Notes under the pieces: generated by a model
Database searches by the model: none
What the model saw: the letters and a program-made list of their open reading frames with translations, nothing else
Told to the model about the DNA's origin: nothing
Position numbers and translations under genes: made by a program
Shown here: piece by piece, positions 30,439 through 41,601 of the stretch
Layout of the letters: each line of letters starts with the position of its first letter
Numbering within the stretch: the stretch's first letter is position 1
Source of the DNA: an uncultured Clostridia bacterium
Lineage (GTDB): Bacteria > Bacillota > Clostridia > TANB77 > CAG-508
Direction of reading: 5' to 3'
Assembly (NCBI GenBank): GCA_947581895.1
Contig: CANPWE010000005.1
Span: 1-59,911 of the forward strand
DNA: 59,911 bases

Positions 30439-31164
30439 ATGAAAATTTTTGCAAGAACAGATATTGGTAAAGCTAGAGAAATGAATCAGGATAGCTATTA
30501 TATTTCAAAACCAGAGGATAAAGTACAGTTATGTATAATAGCTGATGGCATGGGAGGATATAAAGGAGGAGAAATAGCTAGTCAATTAGCTGTTGAAACA
30601 TCTAAAAATTACATTATAAATAATTTTGACTTAATAGAGCATGATAGAGAAGGTATCCTAAATTTAGTAAAAAGTGCAATTGAATATGCTAATTTAGTTA
30701 TATATGAAAAATCACAAGAAATACCTGAATTAGAAAATATGGGAACAACAATCGACATATGTCTAATAATAACAAATAAGGTATATATAGGTCATGTTGG
30801 AGATAGTAGAGTATATAGAAAAAGAAAAGATTTTTTTAGAAAACTAACAACAGATCATAGCTATGTTCAAAAATTAGTATCTGATGGAACAATAACAAAA
30901 GAGGAAGCATATAATCATCCTAAAAAAAATATGCTTATAAAAGCATTAGGATGTTCATCATTAGTAGAACCAGATGTAATGGTTAGAGGCTTTTTAAAAG
31001 ATGATATATTGTTGATGTGTTCTGATGGACTAACAAATATGTTGAAAGAAGAAGAAATTGTAGATATAATTAATGAAAATCCAATTGAAGCATGTAATAA
31101 ATTAATATTTGCAGCAAACGAAAAAGGTGGACATGACAATATTACAGCTGTAATTATTTTATAA
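30439..31164 (+). CDS. prpC: PP2C-family Ser/Thr phosphatase
   Basis: DGMGG, GTT, HVGDSR, SDGL and GGHDNIT motifs. Upstream of prkC. Confidence 0.9.
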   Translation: MKIFARTDIGKAREMNQDSYYISKPEDKVQLCIIADGMGGYKGGEIASQLAVETSKNYIINNFDLIEHDREGILNLVKSAIEYANLVIYEKSQEIPELENMGTTIDICLIITNKVYIGHVGDSRVYRKRKDFFRKLTTDHSYVQKLVSDGTITKEEAYNHPKKNMLIKALGCSSLVEPDVMVRGFLKDDILLMCSDGLTNMLKEEEIVDIINENPIEACNKLIFAANEKGGHDNITAVIIL

Positions 31165-31178
31165 GGAGAGAATTACAT

Positions 31179-33203
31179 ATGAATATAGAAGGAAAAATAA
31201 TAGGTAATAGGTATGAAATTATTGAAAAAGTAGGTAGTGGTGGAATGGCAACAGTATATAAAGCTAGAGATACTATTCTTAACAGATATGTAGCTGTTAA
31301 AGTATTAAGAGATGAATTCACTACTGATGAAGAATTTATAAAAAGGTTTAATACAGAAGCTCAATCAGCTGCCAGATTAACACATCCTAATATAGTTTCA
31401 GTATTTGATGTAGGTCAAGAATATAATATATATTATATAGTAATGGAATTAGTACAAGGGAAAACCTTAAAACAGATTGTTTCAGAAGAAGGTGCACTCC
31501 CATGGAAATGGACAGTAAATATAGCTATACAAATATGTTCTGCATTAGAGATGGCTCATCGAAATGGAATAGTACATAGAGATATAAAACCTCATAACAT
31601 AATTATTACAGAGGATGGTATTGCAAAAGTTACAGATTTTGGAATAGCTAAAGCTGTATCTAATTCAACAATTACAGCATTTGGCACAACAATTGGTTCT
31701 GTACATTACTTTTCTCCAGAACATGCAAGAGGTGGATATACAGATGCAAAATCAGATTTGTATTCATTAGGTGTTGTAATGTATGAAATGGTAACAGGAA
31801 GAGTTCCATTTGATGCAGATACTCCTGTATCTGTTGCATTAAAACATATGCAAGAAGAACCTATAGAACCAATAAAATTAAATTCACAAGTTCCTGAAGC
31901 TGTTAATCAGATAATATTAAAAGCAATGAAAAAAGAGGCTAGTTCAAGATACAGTTCAGCAACCGAAATGATGAAGGACTTAAGTTTAGCAATAAAAAAT
32001 CCAACAGGAAAATTTGTAGAAGATAAAAGCAATGGAGATTTTACAAGAGTAATACCAACAATTAAAGAAAATATTGATGATAAAGATAAATATAAAACAA
32101 ATAAAACAAATAAAGAAAACCGAAGCAAAGGACAACCAAAATCAGCATTTGCAAGGTATTTAGAAAAAAATCCTAAAATGAAACCAGTTATATATTTAGG
32201 ATTTATAATACTATTTATAATGATAGCTGTATTAATATTTTGGGGAAGCTTAAAATTATCAACTAAATTATTAGGTGGAGATTCTAGTGTAACAGACCAA
32301 GCAGGAATAACATTACCAAATTATGCATCAACATCAGTAGAAGAAGCAAAACAAAAATTAGATGAACAAGGAATTAAGTATGAAATTGAAGAAGTGTATA
32401 ATAATGATATTGCACAAGGAATTGTAATATCACAGAAACCATCTGCTGGAACTTTATATGATCCTAATAAACAAAGCCCAGTAAAATTAACTGTAAGCAA
32501 AGGTGTCAAACTTGTTCAAATGCCAAAAGTCAAAGGATTAACTTATAAAGAAGCTGTTGAAGCTTTACAAAAAGTGGAATTAGTAGCAGAAAGAATTGAT
32601 GAAATAAGTCAAACTGTTGAAGAAGGAATAGTAATTAAACAAGATGTTGCAGAAGGTGATAATATAGCTTCTGGTTCAAAAGTAAAAATTCATGTTAGCT
32701 CAGGTAATGGACTTGAAAAAGAAACTGTTCCTTATGTTGTAGATTTAGATATAGAACAAGCAAAAAAAGTTTTAACAGAAAATAAATTGGAGGTAAATAT
32801 AACATATCAAGAAGATACAAATAAATCTAATGGTGTTGTATTAAAACAAAGCCTTGAAGTTGGAAGTGTTGTAGATGAAGGAACTTCAATAACATTAACT
32901 GTAAATAAAATTCAAGAATTAAAAGAAGGAACAATTAATATTAATGTAAAATCTATTACAGGATATAAAGAAGAAAAAGATGAAAATGGAAAAGTTAAAA
33001 CACCAAAAAATGTTTTAGTAAGAGTAAATGTTGATAATGAAGACATTTATAAAAAAGAATTACCTGAAAATACAGAAAATGTTAATGTAACAATAAAAGG
33101 AAAAGGTGTTGTAACTATAAAAGTATATATTGATGAACAAAGATATGCATATGAGCAAATGGATATGAATGGAAATAATACAATCTTAGAAGTTAAAAAG
33201 TAG
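31179..33203 (+). CDS. prkC: Ser/Thr protein kinase with PASTA repeats
   Basis: Hanks kinase motifs GSGGMATVYKA, HRDIKPHN and DFGIA. One TM, then three PASTA-like repeats and a C-terminal extension. Confidence 0.9.
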   Translation: MNIEGKIIGNRYEIIEKVGSGGMATVYKARDTILNRYVAVKVLRDEFTTDEEFIKRFNTEAQSAARLTHPNIVSVFDVGQEYNIYYIVMELVQGKTLKQIVSEEGALPWKWTVNIAIQICSALEMAHRNGIVHRDIKPHNIIITEDGIAKVTDFGIAKAVSNSTITAFGTTIGSVHYFSPEHARGGYTDAKSDLYSLGVVMYEMVTGRVPFDADTPVSVALKHMQEEPIEPIKLNSQVPEAVNQIILKAMKKEASSRYSSATEMMKDLSLAIKNPTGKFVEDKSNGDFTRVIPTIKENIDDKDKYKTNKTNKENRSKGQPKSAFARYLEKNPKMKPVIYLGFIILFIMIAVLIFWGSLKLSTKLLGGDSSVTDQAGITLPNYASTSVEEAKQKLDEQGIKYEIEEVYNNDIAQGIVISQKPSAGTLYDPNKQSPVKLTVSKGVKLVQMPKVKGLTYKEAVEALQKVELVAERIDEISQTVEEGIVIKQDVAEGDNIASGSKVKIHVSSGNGLEKETVPYVVDLDIEQAKKVLTENKLEVNITYQEDTNKSNGVVLKQSLEVGSVVDEGTSITLTVNKIQELKEGTININVKSITGYKEEKDENGKVKTPKNVLVRVNVDNEDIYKKELPENTENVNVTIKGKGVVTIKVYIDEQRYAYEQMDMNGNNTILEVKK

Positions 33204-33223
33204 TGATAAGAAAAGGAGAGTAT

Positions 33224-34108
33224 ATGCCAAAAGGACTAATAATTAGCAATATTTCAAATGTTTATGAAGTAGAAAATGTTGATAATAGTAGTATAATAAA
33301 ATGTATTCCAAGAGGAAAGCTAAAAAAAGATGATATAATTCCTGTCGTAGGAGATAATATAAAATTTGAATATCAAGATGATGGGACAGGAATTATAACT
33401 GAAATTTTAAAAAGAAGAAATTATATTAAAAGACCCAAAATGTCTAATGTAACTCAAATGATTTTTGTTATTTCAATGAAAATGCCAAAACCAGATTTAT
33501 TGTTATTAGATAAACAATTAGTTTTTACAGAATATAATAATATAAAATCAGTTATATGTTTAAATAAAATTGATTTAGAGGATGAAACTAATATTAACAA
33601 TATAGCAGATATATATGAAAAAATAGGGTACAAGGTTATTAAAACAAATGCAAAAACAGGTGAGGGAGTTGACCAAATTCGAGAATGTTTAGAAAATAAT
33701 ATTACTGCTTTTTCTGGTAATTCAGGTGTAGGTAAATCAACTTTAATTAATGATATATTTAAAAATACATTAACTATAGAGGGAGAAATAAGTAGTAAAA
33801 ACAAACGTGGAAAAAATACAACAACATCTATTACATTATATAAAACTAGTCCAAATTCATATATTGCAGATACTCCGGGATTTTCAACTTTTGATATATA
33901 TGAAATTGAAAGCAAAGATTTATCAAAATATTTTATAGATTTATCAAAATATATAGATGATTGTGAATTTATAGGATGTACACATATTAAAGAAAATAAA
34001 TGTGGTATAAAAAAAGCATTAGAAGAAAATAAAATAAATATACAAAGGTATGAAGCATATTATAAATTGTATAATGAGCTAAAAGAAAGGGAGTTGCATA
34101 AATGGTAG
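33224..34108 (+). CDS. rsgA: Ribosome small subunit-dependent GTPase A
   Basis: Circularly permuted GTPase (NKIDL, GNSGVGKSTLIN, DTPGF) and a C-terminal CxH...C zinc motif. Confidence 0.9.
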   Translation: MPKGLIISNISNVYEVENVDNSSIIKCIPRGKLKKDDIIPVVGDNIKFEYQDDGTGIITEILKRRNYIKRPKMSNVTQMIFVISMKMPKPDLLLLDKQLVFTEYNNIKSVICLNKIDLEDETNINNIADIYEKIGYKVIKTNAKTGEGVDQIRECLENNITAFSGNSGVGKSTLINDIFKNTLTIEGEISSKNKRGKNTTTSITLYKTSPNSYIADTPGFSTFDIYEIESKDLSKYFIDLSKYIDDCEFIGCTHIKENKCGIKKALEENKINIQRYEAYYKLYNELKERELHKW

Positions 34109-34761
34109 AAATATCAACATCATTATTAGGTGTAAAAAAAGATAATATAATAAAAACAATATATAATTTAGAAACTGCAAAAACAGATTATTTTCACATA
34201 GATGTGATGGATGGTGTTTTTGTTAAAGATAATACAGTAGAAAGAATGGTAGAATATTGTGATTATTTAAACAATATAACAAATATACCATTAGATGTTC
34301 ATTTAATGGTATCAGATGTTCGTAAATATATAGATTTGTTTTTACCATATAACCCTAACATAATAACAATACATTATGAAGCTTTTAAGGATAAAAATAA
34401 ATTATTAGATACATTAGATTATATAAAATTAAATAATTGTAAAGTTGGCATTTCAATAAAACCTAATACAGATATATCAGAAATTTTGGATATATTAGAA
34501 ATAGTTCATATTGTTTTAGTAATGACTGTTGAACCTGGAAAGGGTGGTCAGAAATTAATAAATACAACATTAAATAAGATTAAACAATTATCAAAATATG
34601 TAAAAGAGAAGAATTTAGATATTCTAATTGAAGCTGATGGTGGAATAAATATAGATAATGTAAATGATGTAAAAGAATCAGGAGCTGAAATTATTGTTTC
34701 TGGAACAGGAATTATAAGTTCAGAAAATTATGATGAAATTATAAAAAAAATGAAAGAATAA
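34102..34761 (+). CDS. rpe: Ribulose-phosphate 3-epimerase
   Basis: HIDVMDG, DVHLM, MTVEPGKGGQ and DGG motifs. Confidence 0.9.
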   Translation: MVEISTSLLGVKKDNIIKTIYNLETAKTDYFHIDVMDGVFVKDNTVERMVEYCDYLNNITNIPLDVHLMVSDVRKYIDLFLPYNPNIITIHYEAFKDKNKLLDTLDYIKLNNCKVGISIKPNTDISEILDILEIVHIVLVMTVEPGKGGQKLINTTLNKIKQLSKYVKEKNLDILIEADGGINIDNVNDVKESGAEIIVSGTGIISSENYDEIIKKMKE

Positions 34762-34919
34762 AAAACAAGTTTTAATAATTACAATAAATTTAATTATAAT
34801 ATGTTTAATATTATAATACATAATAATAGGGTCAAAATAATATGACCCTATTAAATATAATTAATTATATAAAATGTATAAATAAAAAAATTTATTAAAA
34901 CCTATTCTAAATTTAAAGT

Positions 34920-35471
34920 CTAATTTTCATTGGAATCATGCAATAAATCTAAAATTTTTGGATAAATTTTTTCTGCATTATTTTTCCAATTTTCTACTAT
35001 ATCTTTAGCCTGTTCACGAGAATATGCTAGAGTTTTTACTTCAAATACAGTTTCATTATTTTCAACGATTTTACAATTGATAACATAATTGTTTTCACTT
35101 TTTGGAGTATATTCTGAAATAATAGAATGTTCTTCTTCAACTTTTTCTAAAGTACTTTTCAAATTTGTATCCACTTTTAATTTTACAATACCAGGTAATA
35201 TATCTAATGTAAGGTCTAGTGTATTTTTACCTAAGTCAGTTAATTCATAAATTAATTGATCTTCTTTTATGTAAGATACTATGAATTTTGTATTTATCAT
35301 ATCTAGTAAAAATTGTTGAAAATAGAAGTAATTCATATCAATGGCTGATAGTACTAATTTATACAAATTATCATTAGTGATTGGTTTGTGTGTTTGATCT
35401 AATATATATAAAATTAGAACCTTGTTTTCTGCTAATGTTTCACTATCTGTGTTTATTTTCAAGTTTTTCAT
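34920..35471 (-). CDS. DUF4364-like (PadR-like winged helix) protein
   Basis: ENKVLILYILDQTHKPITNDNLYKLVL N-terminal wHTH-like segment. The start is uncertain: ATG at 35471, or a TTG three codons downstream that has better RBS spacing. The track's 244 aa form is an over-extension. Confidence 0.5.
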   Translation of the reverse strand: MKNLKINTDSETLAENKVLILYILDQTHKPITNDNLYKLVLSAIDMNYFYFQQFLLDMINTKFIVSYIKEDQLIYELTDLGKNTLDLTLDILPGIVKLKVDTNLKSTLEKVEEEHSIISEYTPKSENNYVINCKIVENNETVFEVKTLAYSREQAKDIVENWKNNAEKIYPKILDLLHDSNEN

Positions 35472-35498
35472 CTCCTGATCTTCTTTAAATTTATGAAC

Positions 35499-35527
35499 AT
35501 TATAGCATATATGAGAAATGATTTCAA
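35499..35527 (-). promoter_or_regulatory. SigmaA-type promoter for the DUF4364-like gene
   Basis: On the minus strand: TTGAAA, 17 nt spacer, TATAAT. Confidence 0.5.
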
Positions 35528-35652
35528 TACTTTTACATAATGCAACAATTGATGTATATTCTTGTTTTAAACTTATTGGTTGACCTATTTTAATAAATGT
35601 AGTAAAATGTGAAAAAATATTGAAAAATATTGAGGAAAGGGGATTTTTACAC

Positions 35653-36312
35653 ATGCGTATTAGATTTAAACCTTGGGCTAGAGCAGAACTAGAGGCTAGT
35701 AGTTTTTATATTGATAATCCAGAAGAATATAAAGGAAAATGGAAAAAAGTATTTGGAAATGATAATCCTATTTGCTTGGAGCTTGGTTGTGGAAAAGGTG
35801 GATTTATTTCAAAACTTGCTTCTGAAAATTTAAATGTGAATTATATAGCTATTGATATGGTAGATGCTATGTTAGGTTTAGCTAAAAGGAATATTGAGAA
35901 AGAATATAATGAAAAAAACATACCAATAAAAAATATTATTATTACTAGATTTGATATTGAAAGAATTTTATTAATTCTTAATGATACTGATAAAATTGAC
36001 AGAATATATATTAATTTTTGTAATCCATGGCCTCGTGGAAAACACAGAAAAAAAAGATTGACACATATCAGACAATTAGAAAAATATAAACAATTCTTAA
36101 AACAAGATGGAGAAATTTATTTTAAAACAGATGATGATGGTTTATTTAATGATAGTTTGTTATATTTTGAACAAGCTGGACTTAAAGTTATAGATAAAAC
36201 TTTTGATTTAGCTAATACTGAAAACTTTTGGAATAACATTGAAACAGAACATGAAAAAATGTTTAAAGAACAGGGAATAAAAATTAAAGCTGCTATAGTA
36301 AAAAAGACATAA
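35653..36312 (+). CDS. trmB: tRNA (guanine46-N7)-methyltransferase
   Basis: MRIRFKPWA start matches the canonical TrmB N-terminus. Also ELGCGKGGF (SAM motif) and NFCNPWP. Confidence 0.9.
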   Translation: MRIRFKPWARAELEASSFYIDNPEEYKGKWKKVFGNDNPICLELGCGKGGFISKLASENLNVNYIAIDMVDAMLGLAKRNIEKEYNEKNIPIKNIIITRFDIERILLILNDTDKIDRIYINFCNPWPRGKHRKKRLTHIRQLEKYKQFLKQDGEIYFKTDDDGLFNDSLLYFEQAGLKVIDKTFDLANTENFWNNIETEHEKMFKEQGIKIKAAIVKKT

Positions 36313-36483
36313 TTTGTGAATTTTTTGTAAATTTTAAAATAATGAAAAAAACTTGAAAAGTTACAGTAAGTTGCATTTTAACACATTTTATGTAAAAAAA
36401 AATCAAAAACAGCTATTGCAAATAAGCAAGAATATTGATATCATTAATATGATGAACAAGAAATTAATAAAGGAAGATATATT

Positions 36484-37170
36484 ATGATAGAATTTAGAAA
36501 TGTTAATAAAACCTATGACACAGGTACAGTAGCTGTAAATAATGTTAGCTTTAAAATAGATAAAGGTGAATTTGCTTTTTTAGTTGGAAGTTCTGGTTCT
36601 GGAAAATCTACACTTATAAAAATGATACTTAAAGAAGAAGAACCTACATCTGGAAATATAATTATTAATGGAAAAGATACAACATTTCTTAAAACTAAAA
36701 GAGTTCCATATTTACGTAGAAGTATGGGAGTTGTTTTTCAAGACTTTAGATTATTACCAGATAAAACAGTATATGACAATGTAGCATTTGCTATGCATAT
36801 TGTAAAAGCTACACCAAGACATATAAGAAGACAAGTTCCAATGGTTTTGTCTTTGGTGGGTTTAAGTGATAAATCACATGTATATCCAGATGAATTATCA
36901 GGAGGAGAACAACAAAGAGTTGCACTAGCTAGAGCTTTAGTTAATAATCCATCAATGCTTATTGCAGATGAGCCTACAGGAAATTTAGATCCTGATACAG
37001 CTTGGGAAATAATGAACCTTTTAAATGACATAAATTTAAGAGGAACTACAATTGTTGTTGCAACACATGCAAAAGATATTGTAGACAAAATGAAGAAAAG
37101 AGTTATACAAATAGAAAAAGGTAACATTATAAGAGATGATAAAAAAGGTGGGTATGATAGTGAGATATAA
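36484..37170 (+). CDS. ftsE: Cell division ATP-binding protein FtsE
   Basis: Walker A GSSGSGKST, LSGGEQQR, LIADEPTGNLD. Confidence 0.9.
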   Translation: MIEFRNVNKTYDTGTVAVNNVSFKIDKGEFAFLVGSSGSGKSTLIKMILKEEEPTSGNIIINGKDTTFLKTKRVPYLRRSMGVVFQDFRLLPDKTVYDNVAFAMHIVKATPRHIRRQVPMVLSLVGLSDKSHVYPDELSGGEQQRVALARALVNNPSMLIADEPTGNLDPDTAWEIMNLLNDINLRGTTIVVATHAKDIVDKMKKRVIQIEKGNIIRDDKKGGYDSEI

Positions 37171-38251
37171 TTTAATTAGTTATTTAATTGGTGATGGAAT
37201 AAAAAACATAGCCAAAAACAAAAAATCTACTTTTACTGCGATAATAATTATGGTTATTTCAATGATAACAGTTGGAATTTTTATTATAATAGGTGAAAAT
37301 GCAAAAGCAATTTTAAAAAATTTGGAAACAAGTTATCCAATTGAAGTATTTATATTGAATGGAACAACAGATGAACAAAAGGAAACATTAAAAAATGAAA
37401 TTAAAAATATAGAGTATGTAAATCCAGATAATATCCAATTTATAAACAAAAGAGATTCATATTATTTAGCTTTAGAAAAATTGGGAGATAGTGCATTATC
37501 AGCTGAAATAGTGGGATATACAGAAGATGAGCATCCTTTCCCTGAAAAATATATTATAACATTAACAAATTTGGATAAACTGAATGAGGTTGTATCTAAA
37601 ATAGAAAAATTGGATTATGTACAAGGTACTTCTGAAAGATTACAAAACGAATCAGATAATGAAATATCAAATGTAAATAAAGAAAATGGTGTAACAACAG
37701 ATGAAAATGAGTTAGGAAATTTATCGTATGAAGAACAATTACAAAATACAATGCAAAATTCATCTATTACTAGTAATACAAAAGGAAATGAAGGTTCAGC
37801 AGAAAGATTAACACACCTTAATAAAGGTATAAATATAGCATTAATAATAATTGGAGGTGGACTAATAATTTTTTCAATTATTATAATAGGAAATACAATA
37901 AAATTAACAGTACATGCTAGAAGAAAAGAAATTTCAATAATGAAATATGTTGGAGCTACAAATAATTTTATAAGAGCACCTTTCATTGTTGAAGGTATTA
38001 TTATAGGGATAATATCATCATTATTTTCAATTGTTCTTGTAGGAGGTTTATATGTTTGGGTAAAAAAAGGTTTAATAGGTAATTTAATTCAAGGATGGCT
38101 AAAAGGATTTAACAATATGAATACTGGAATGGAAAATTTATTACAGTTTGATCAAATGTTTGGACAAATAATGACTATATTTTTAATAATTGGAATTGGA
38201 ATTGGAGTTCTTGGAAGTATTATATCTATGAAGAAATATTTAAAGGTTTAA
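37160..38251 (+). CDS. ftsX: Cell division permease FtsX (with an enlarged, low-complexity extracellular loop)
   Basis: N-terminal LIGDGIKNIAKNK motif and a 4-TM layout with C-terminal KYVGATNNFIRAPF. Start GTG at 37160 (or ATG at 37154), overlapping the ftsE stop. Confidence 0.8.
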   Translation: MRYNLISYLIGDGIKNIAKNKKSTFTAIIIMVISMITVGIFIIIGENAKAILKNLETSYPIEVFILNGTTDEQKETLKNEIKNIEYVNPDNIQFINKRDSYYLALEKLGDSALSAEIVGYTEDEHPFPEKYIITLTNLDKLNEVVSKIEKLDYVQGTSERLQNESDNEISNVNKENGVTTDENELGNLSYEEQLQNTMQNSSITSNTKGNEGSAERLTHLNKGINIALIIIGGGLIIFSIIIIGNTIKLTVHARRKEISIMKYVGATNNFIRAPFIVEGIIIGIISSLFSIVLVGGLYVWVKKGLIGNLIQGWLKGFNNMNTGMENLLQFDQMFGQIMTIFLIIGIGIGVLGSIISMKKYLKV

Positions 38252-38270
38252 GAATGGGGAGTGGATAAAA

Positions 38271-39458
38271 ATGAAAATGTTAAAAAGAATTGTATCAATA
38301 ATGATTATAGTAATGATAATAGGTTCTTTAAGTTTAACAGTATCAGCAGAGAATAGTAGTGAATATTATCAAGAAAAACATATTGAAGCTGAGCAAAATT
38401 CTCAAGATACACAGACTCAAATAGATGATGTTTCTAGTCAAATAGACGAAGTATTACAAGCAGTTGCAGATTTAAATAGTTCTATATCAAATTATGAAAG
38501 TGAAATACAACAATTAACAGAAAAAGCAGAGGATTTAGAGCAATCAATACAAGAAAAAGAAGAAGAATTAAAAGAGAAAAACAAAATTTTAGAAAATAGA
38601 TTGGTTGCTATGTATATGAAAAAACAAGTTACATTTTTAGATGTAGTACTTTCAGGAAATTTAATAAATTTTATATCTAATAAAGATTTAGTAAAACAGA
38701 TAGCAGAATATGATAATAAGTTAATTTCAGAAGTTGAAGATTTAAAAACTACATTAGAAAGTGAAAAAAAAGAGGTTGAAGAAGTAAAATCTCAAAAGGA
38801 ACAAAAAAGTAAAGAGTTACAAAATTTAAAAGCTGAAAAAGAAGAAAAAGCAGCAAGTTTAACAGAAGAGCAAAAACAATTAGAAACACAATTAGCTGAA
38901 TATAGAGCACAAGCAGAAGAATATGCTGAATTGGAAAGACAAGCAATAGCTAAAGAAGAAGAACAAAGAAAAGCTGCAGAAGAAGCAGCAAAAAAAGCAA
39001 ATGAACAAAATAATACATCATCAAATAGTTCAGATACATCTGATCCATCAACAGTAACTCCATATCAAGGAGGAAAATTAGGATGGCCATGTCCTTCTAG
39101 TTCAAGAATAACTTCTCAATATGGATATAGAATATTATTTGGAGTTAGAGATTTCCACACAGGAGTAGATATAGGAGCATCTACAGGCTCAAATATAGTT
39201 GCAGCAGAAAGTGGTACTGTAATATTAGCAAGTTATGGATGGAATGGTGGATATGGTAATTACATAATAATAAACCATGGAAATGGAATAACAACAAGAT
39301 ATGCTCATGCTAGTCAATTATTTGTAACAGCAGGACAAACAGTATCAAAAGGACAAGTTATTGCAGCTGTTGGAACAACAGGAAATTCAACAGGACCACA
39401 TTTACATTTTGAAGTAAGATTAAATGGTGCACATAAGAATCCACTAAATTATTTATAA
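38271..39458 (+). CDS. M23 (LytM) peptidoglycan metalloendopeptidase with N-terminal coiled coil
   Basis: Signal/TM sequence, long coiled coil, HTGVDI...GPHLHFEV LytM motifs. Follows ftsEX. Confidence 0.85.
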   Translation: MKMLKRIVSIMIIVMIIGSLSLTVSAENSSEYYQEKHIEAEQNSQDTQTQIDDVSSQIDEVLQAVADLNSSISNYESEIQQLTEKAEDLEQSIQEKEEELKEKNKILENRLVAMYMKKQVTFLDVVLSGNLINFISNKDLVKQIAEYDNKLISEVEDLKTTLESEKKEVEEVKSQKEQKSKELQNLKAEKEEKAASLTEEQKQLETQLAEYRAQAEEYAELERQAIAKEEEQRKAAEEAAKKANEQNNTSSNSSDTSDPSTVTPYQGGKLGWPCPSSSRITSQYGYRILFGVRDFHTGVDIGASTGSNIVAAESGTVILASYGWNGGYGNYIIINHGNGITTRYAHASQLFVTAGQTVSKGQVIAAVGTTGNSTGPHLHFEVRLNGAHKNPLNYL

Positions 39459-39615
39459 AATATTAGGAGCAGAAAATTTCTAACTGCTCCTTTTGAATAA
39501 TATAATGCATATAGAATTATATTTTTAAGTAAATTTATTTAAAATTTCTAAAATTTAGAATAAAAAAAATACTAGATAATATAATATTTATAATTATATT
39601 AGGAAGGATTGTGAA

Positions 39616-40881
39616 ATGGAAGAAAACAAAAAAGATAATAAATATAAAAGTTTTATGACTGTTATAATAACAGCATTAATAACTTGTATTATAACAACAA
39701 TATTAATATACAATTATTTTTTAATACGAACTGGAGAAGCAAGAGAAAATAACATAATAGCAAATGCAATTAATAATATTGTATCATCTATAACAGGAAA
39801 AGAAATAACTACAAAAACATCTATTAATGGTAAAATCGCTGATGTAAAGGCAAAATTAGACGAATTATATATGGGAGAAATAGATGAAGAAAAAATGATA
39901 GATGGAGCTTTAGAAGGTTATGTATCAGCATTAGGAGATGAATATACTGAATATTTAACAAGTGAAGAAATGACAGAATTAATGCAAGATATAGAAGGAA
40001 ATTATGTTGGAATTGGTGTATATATAGCTCAAAATACAAAAACAAATCAAATTTTAGTAATAGGAGTAATAGAAGATTCACCTGCACATAAAGGAGGAAT
40101 TTTAGCTGGAGATATTATAAAAAAAATAGATGGAATAGAATATACAGGAGAGCAAATAAACCAAGCATCAAATCAAATGAAGGGAACAGAAGGAACACAA
40201 GTCGCAATTACTGTAGAAAGAGATGGTAAAGAAATAGAATTAAATGTTACGAAAGAAACTATAAAATTTAAATATGTTGATTCAGAAAAATTAGAAAATG
40301 ATATAGGATATATTAAAATAAGCTCATTTGAAGGAGAATGTGCAAAAGATTTTAAGAATGCATATATGAATCTAAAATCACAAGGTATAAAATCACTAAT
40401 AATTGATTTAAGAAATAATGGAGGAGGGTTAGTAGACCAATCTTTAGAAATTGCTGAGACAATAGTACCACGAGGAGCAACAATGTTAATAACAAAAGAT
40501 AAATATGGTAATGAGGAAATATCTACTTCAGAAACTGATCCTATAGTAGATGTTCCAATAGTAATATTAGTTAATGAATTTACAGCAAGTGCTTCAGAAA
40601 TTCTAACTGCTGCAATTAAAGAAAACGTAGAATGTAAAGTTATAGGAACACAAACATATGGAAAAGGTATAATACAAGGAATATTCCCATTTAAGGATAA
40701 AAAAACAGGATTAAAAATTACAATACAAGAGTATTTTACACCAAAACATAACAAATTACACAAAATTGGAATAAAGCCAGATGAAGAAATACAATTGCCA
40801 GAAGAATGGCAAGGTCAGGTAACAATAGAAAGAGAATATGATAATCAATTAAATAGAGCTATTGAAATTTTAAGTAAGTAA
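39616..40881 (+). CDS. ctpA: Carboxyl-terminal processing protease (S41)
   Basis: PDZ segment (GDIIKKIDG), LIIDLRNNGGG, catalytic ASASEI and KG motifs. Confidence 0.9.
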   Translation: MEENKKDNKYKSFMTVIITALITCIITTILIYNYFLIRTGEARENNIIANAINNIVSSITGKEITTKTSINGKIADVKAKLDELYMGEIDEEKMIDGALEGYVSALGDEYTEYLTSEEMTELMQDIEGNYVGIGVYIAQNTKTNQILVIGVIEDSPAHKGGILAGDIIKKIDGIEYTGEQINQASNQMKGTEGTQVAITVERDGKEIELNVTKETIKFKYVDSEKLENDIGYIKISSFEGECAKDFKNAYMNLKSQGIKSLIIDLRNNGGGLVDQSLEIAETIVPRGATMLITKDKYGNEEISTSETDPIVDVPIVILVNEFTASASEILTAAIKENVECKVIGTQTYGKGIIQGIFPFKDKKTGLKITIQEYFTPKHNKLHKIGIKPDEEIQLPEEWQGQVTIEREYDNQLNRAIEILSK

Positions 40882-40986
40882 TATAAATTTCAAATGTAAG
40901 TTTATAGATAATATAAAATGCAATAATATTTATATAAAAAAATGAGCATTTGATAAATACAGAAAGAAGACTTGAAAATATAAAAT

Positions 40987-41031
40987 AAATAAGCTTAATA
41001 AATTATTACAATAAATTTATTAAGCTTATTT
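40987..41031 (+). terminator. Long hairpin after ctpA
   Basis: 18 bp perfect stem aaataagcttaataaatt/aatttattaagcttattt. The T-tail is weak. Confidence 0.5.
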
Positions 41032-41154
41032 AATAAAATATGAAAAAAATAGTAAAAGATGGATTAAATTAATCACTTGAAACCCTACAAAATAGCACAT
41101 TTAGAATATATGAAAAAATTTTTTGAAAAAAATTAAAAAAATTTAAAAAAGTTA

Positions 41155-41183
41155 TTGACAATTAATCCAAAATTTAGTATACT
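41155..41183 (+). promoter_or_regulatory. SigmaA-type promoter of the tRNA cluster
   Basis: TTGACA, 17 nt spacer, TATACT, 19 nt before tRNA-Val. Confidence 0.6.
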
Positions 41184-41201
41184 AAACGAGTCGAAGGAAA
41201 T

Positions 41202-41277
41202 GGGCGCATAGCTCAGCTGGGAGAGCATCTGCCTTACAAGCAGGAGGTCATAGGTTCGAGCCCTATTGCGCCCACCA
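41202..41277 (+). tRNA. tRNA-Val (anticodon UAC)
   Basis: Manual cloverleaf: acceptor GGGCGCA/TGCGCCC, anticodon loop CTTACAA, T-loop TTCGAGC, CCA encoded. Confidence 0.95.
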
Positions 41278-41322
41278 TTTTCTTATAAAAGATATTTAGG
41301 AAACTAAATATTTTTTATTTAC

Positions 41323-41399
41323 GGCCTGGTAGTTCAGTTGGTTAGAACGCTAGCCTGTCACGCTAGAGGTCGACGGTTCGAGCCCGTTCCAGGTCGCCA
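41323..41399 (+). tRNA. tRNA-Asp (anticodon GUC)
   Basis: Acceptor GGCCTGG/CCAGGTC, anticodon loop CTGTCAC, CCA encoded. Confidence 0.95.
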
Positions 41400-41431
41400 T
41401 TTTTTTTTATAAGAAATTTACAATCATAAAA

Positions 41432-41507
<76 letters not shown>

Positions 41508-41517
41508 ATCAAAAATG

Positions 41518-41547
41518 CAGTATTTTTAAGAATACTGTTTTTTTTAG
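41518..41547 (+). terminator. Rho-independent terminator of the tRNA cluster
   Basis: Stem cagtatt/aatactg followed by a 10 nt T-run. Confidence 0.8.
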
Positions 41548-41601
41548 TTTAATTCAATAAAAAGCTTAGAAACATATTTAAAATTATTGTTTTTTAAGCA
41601 T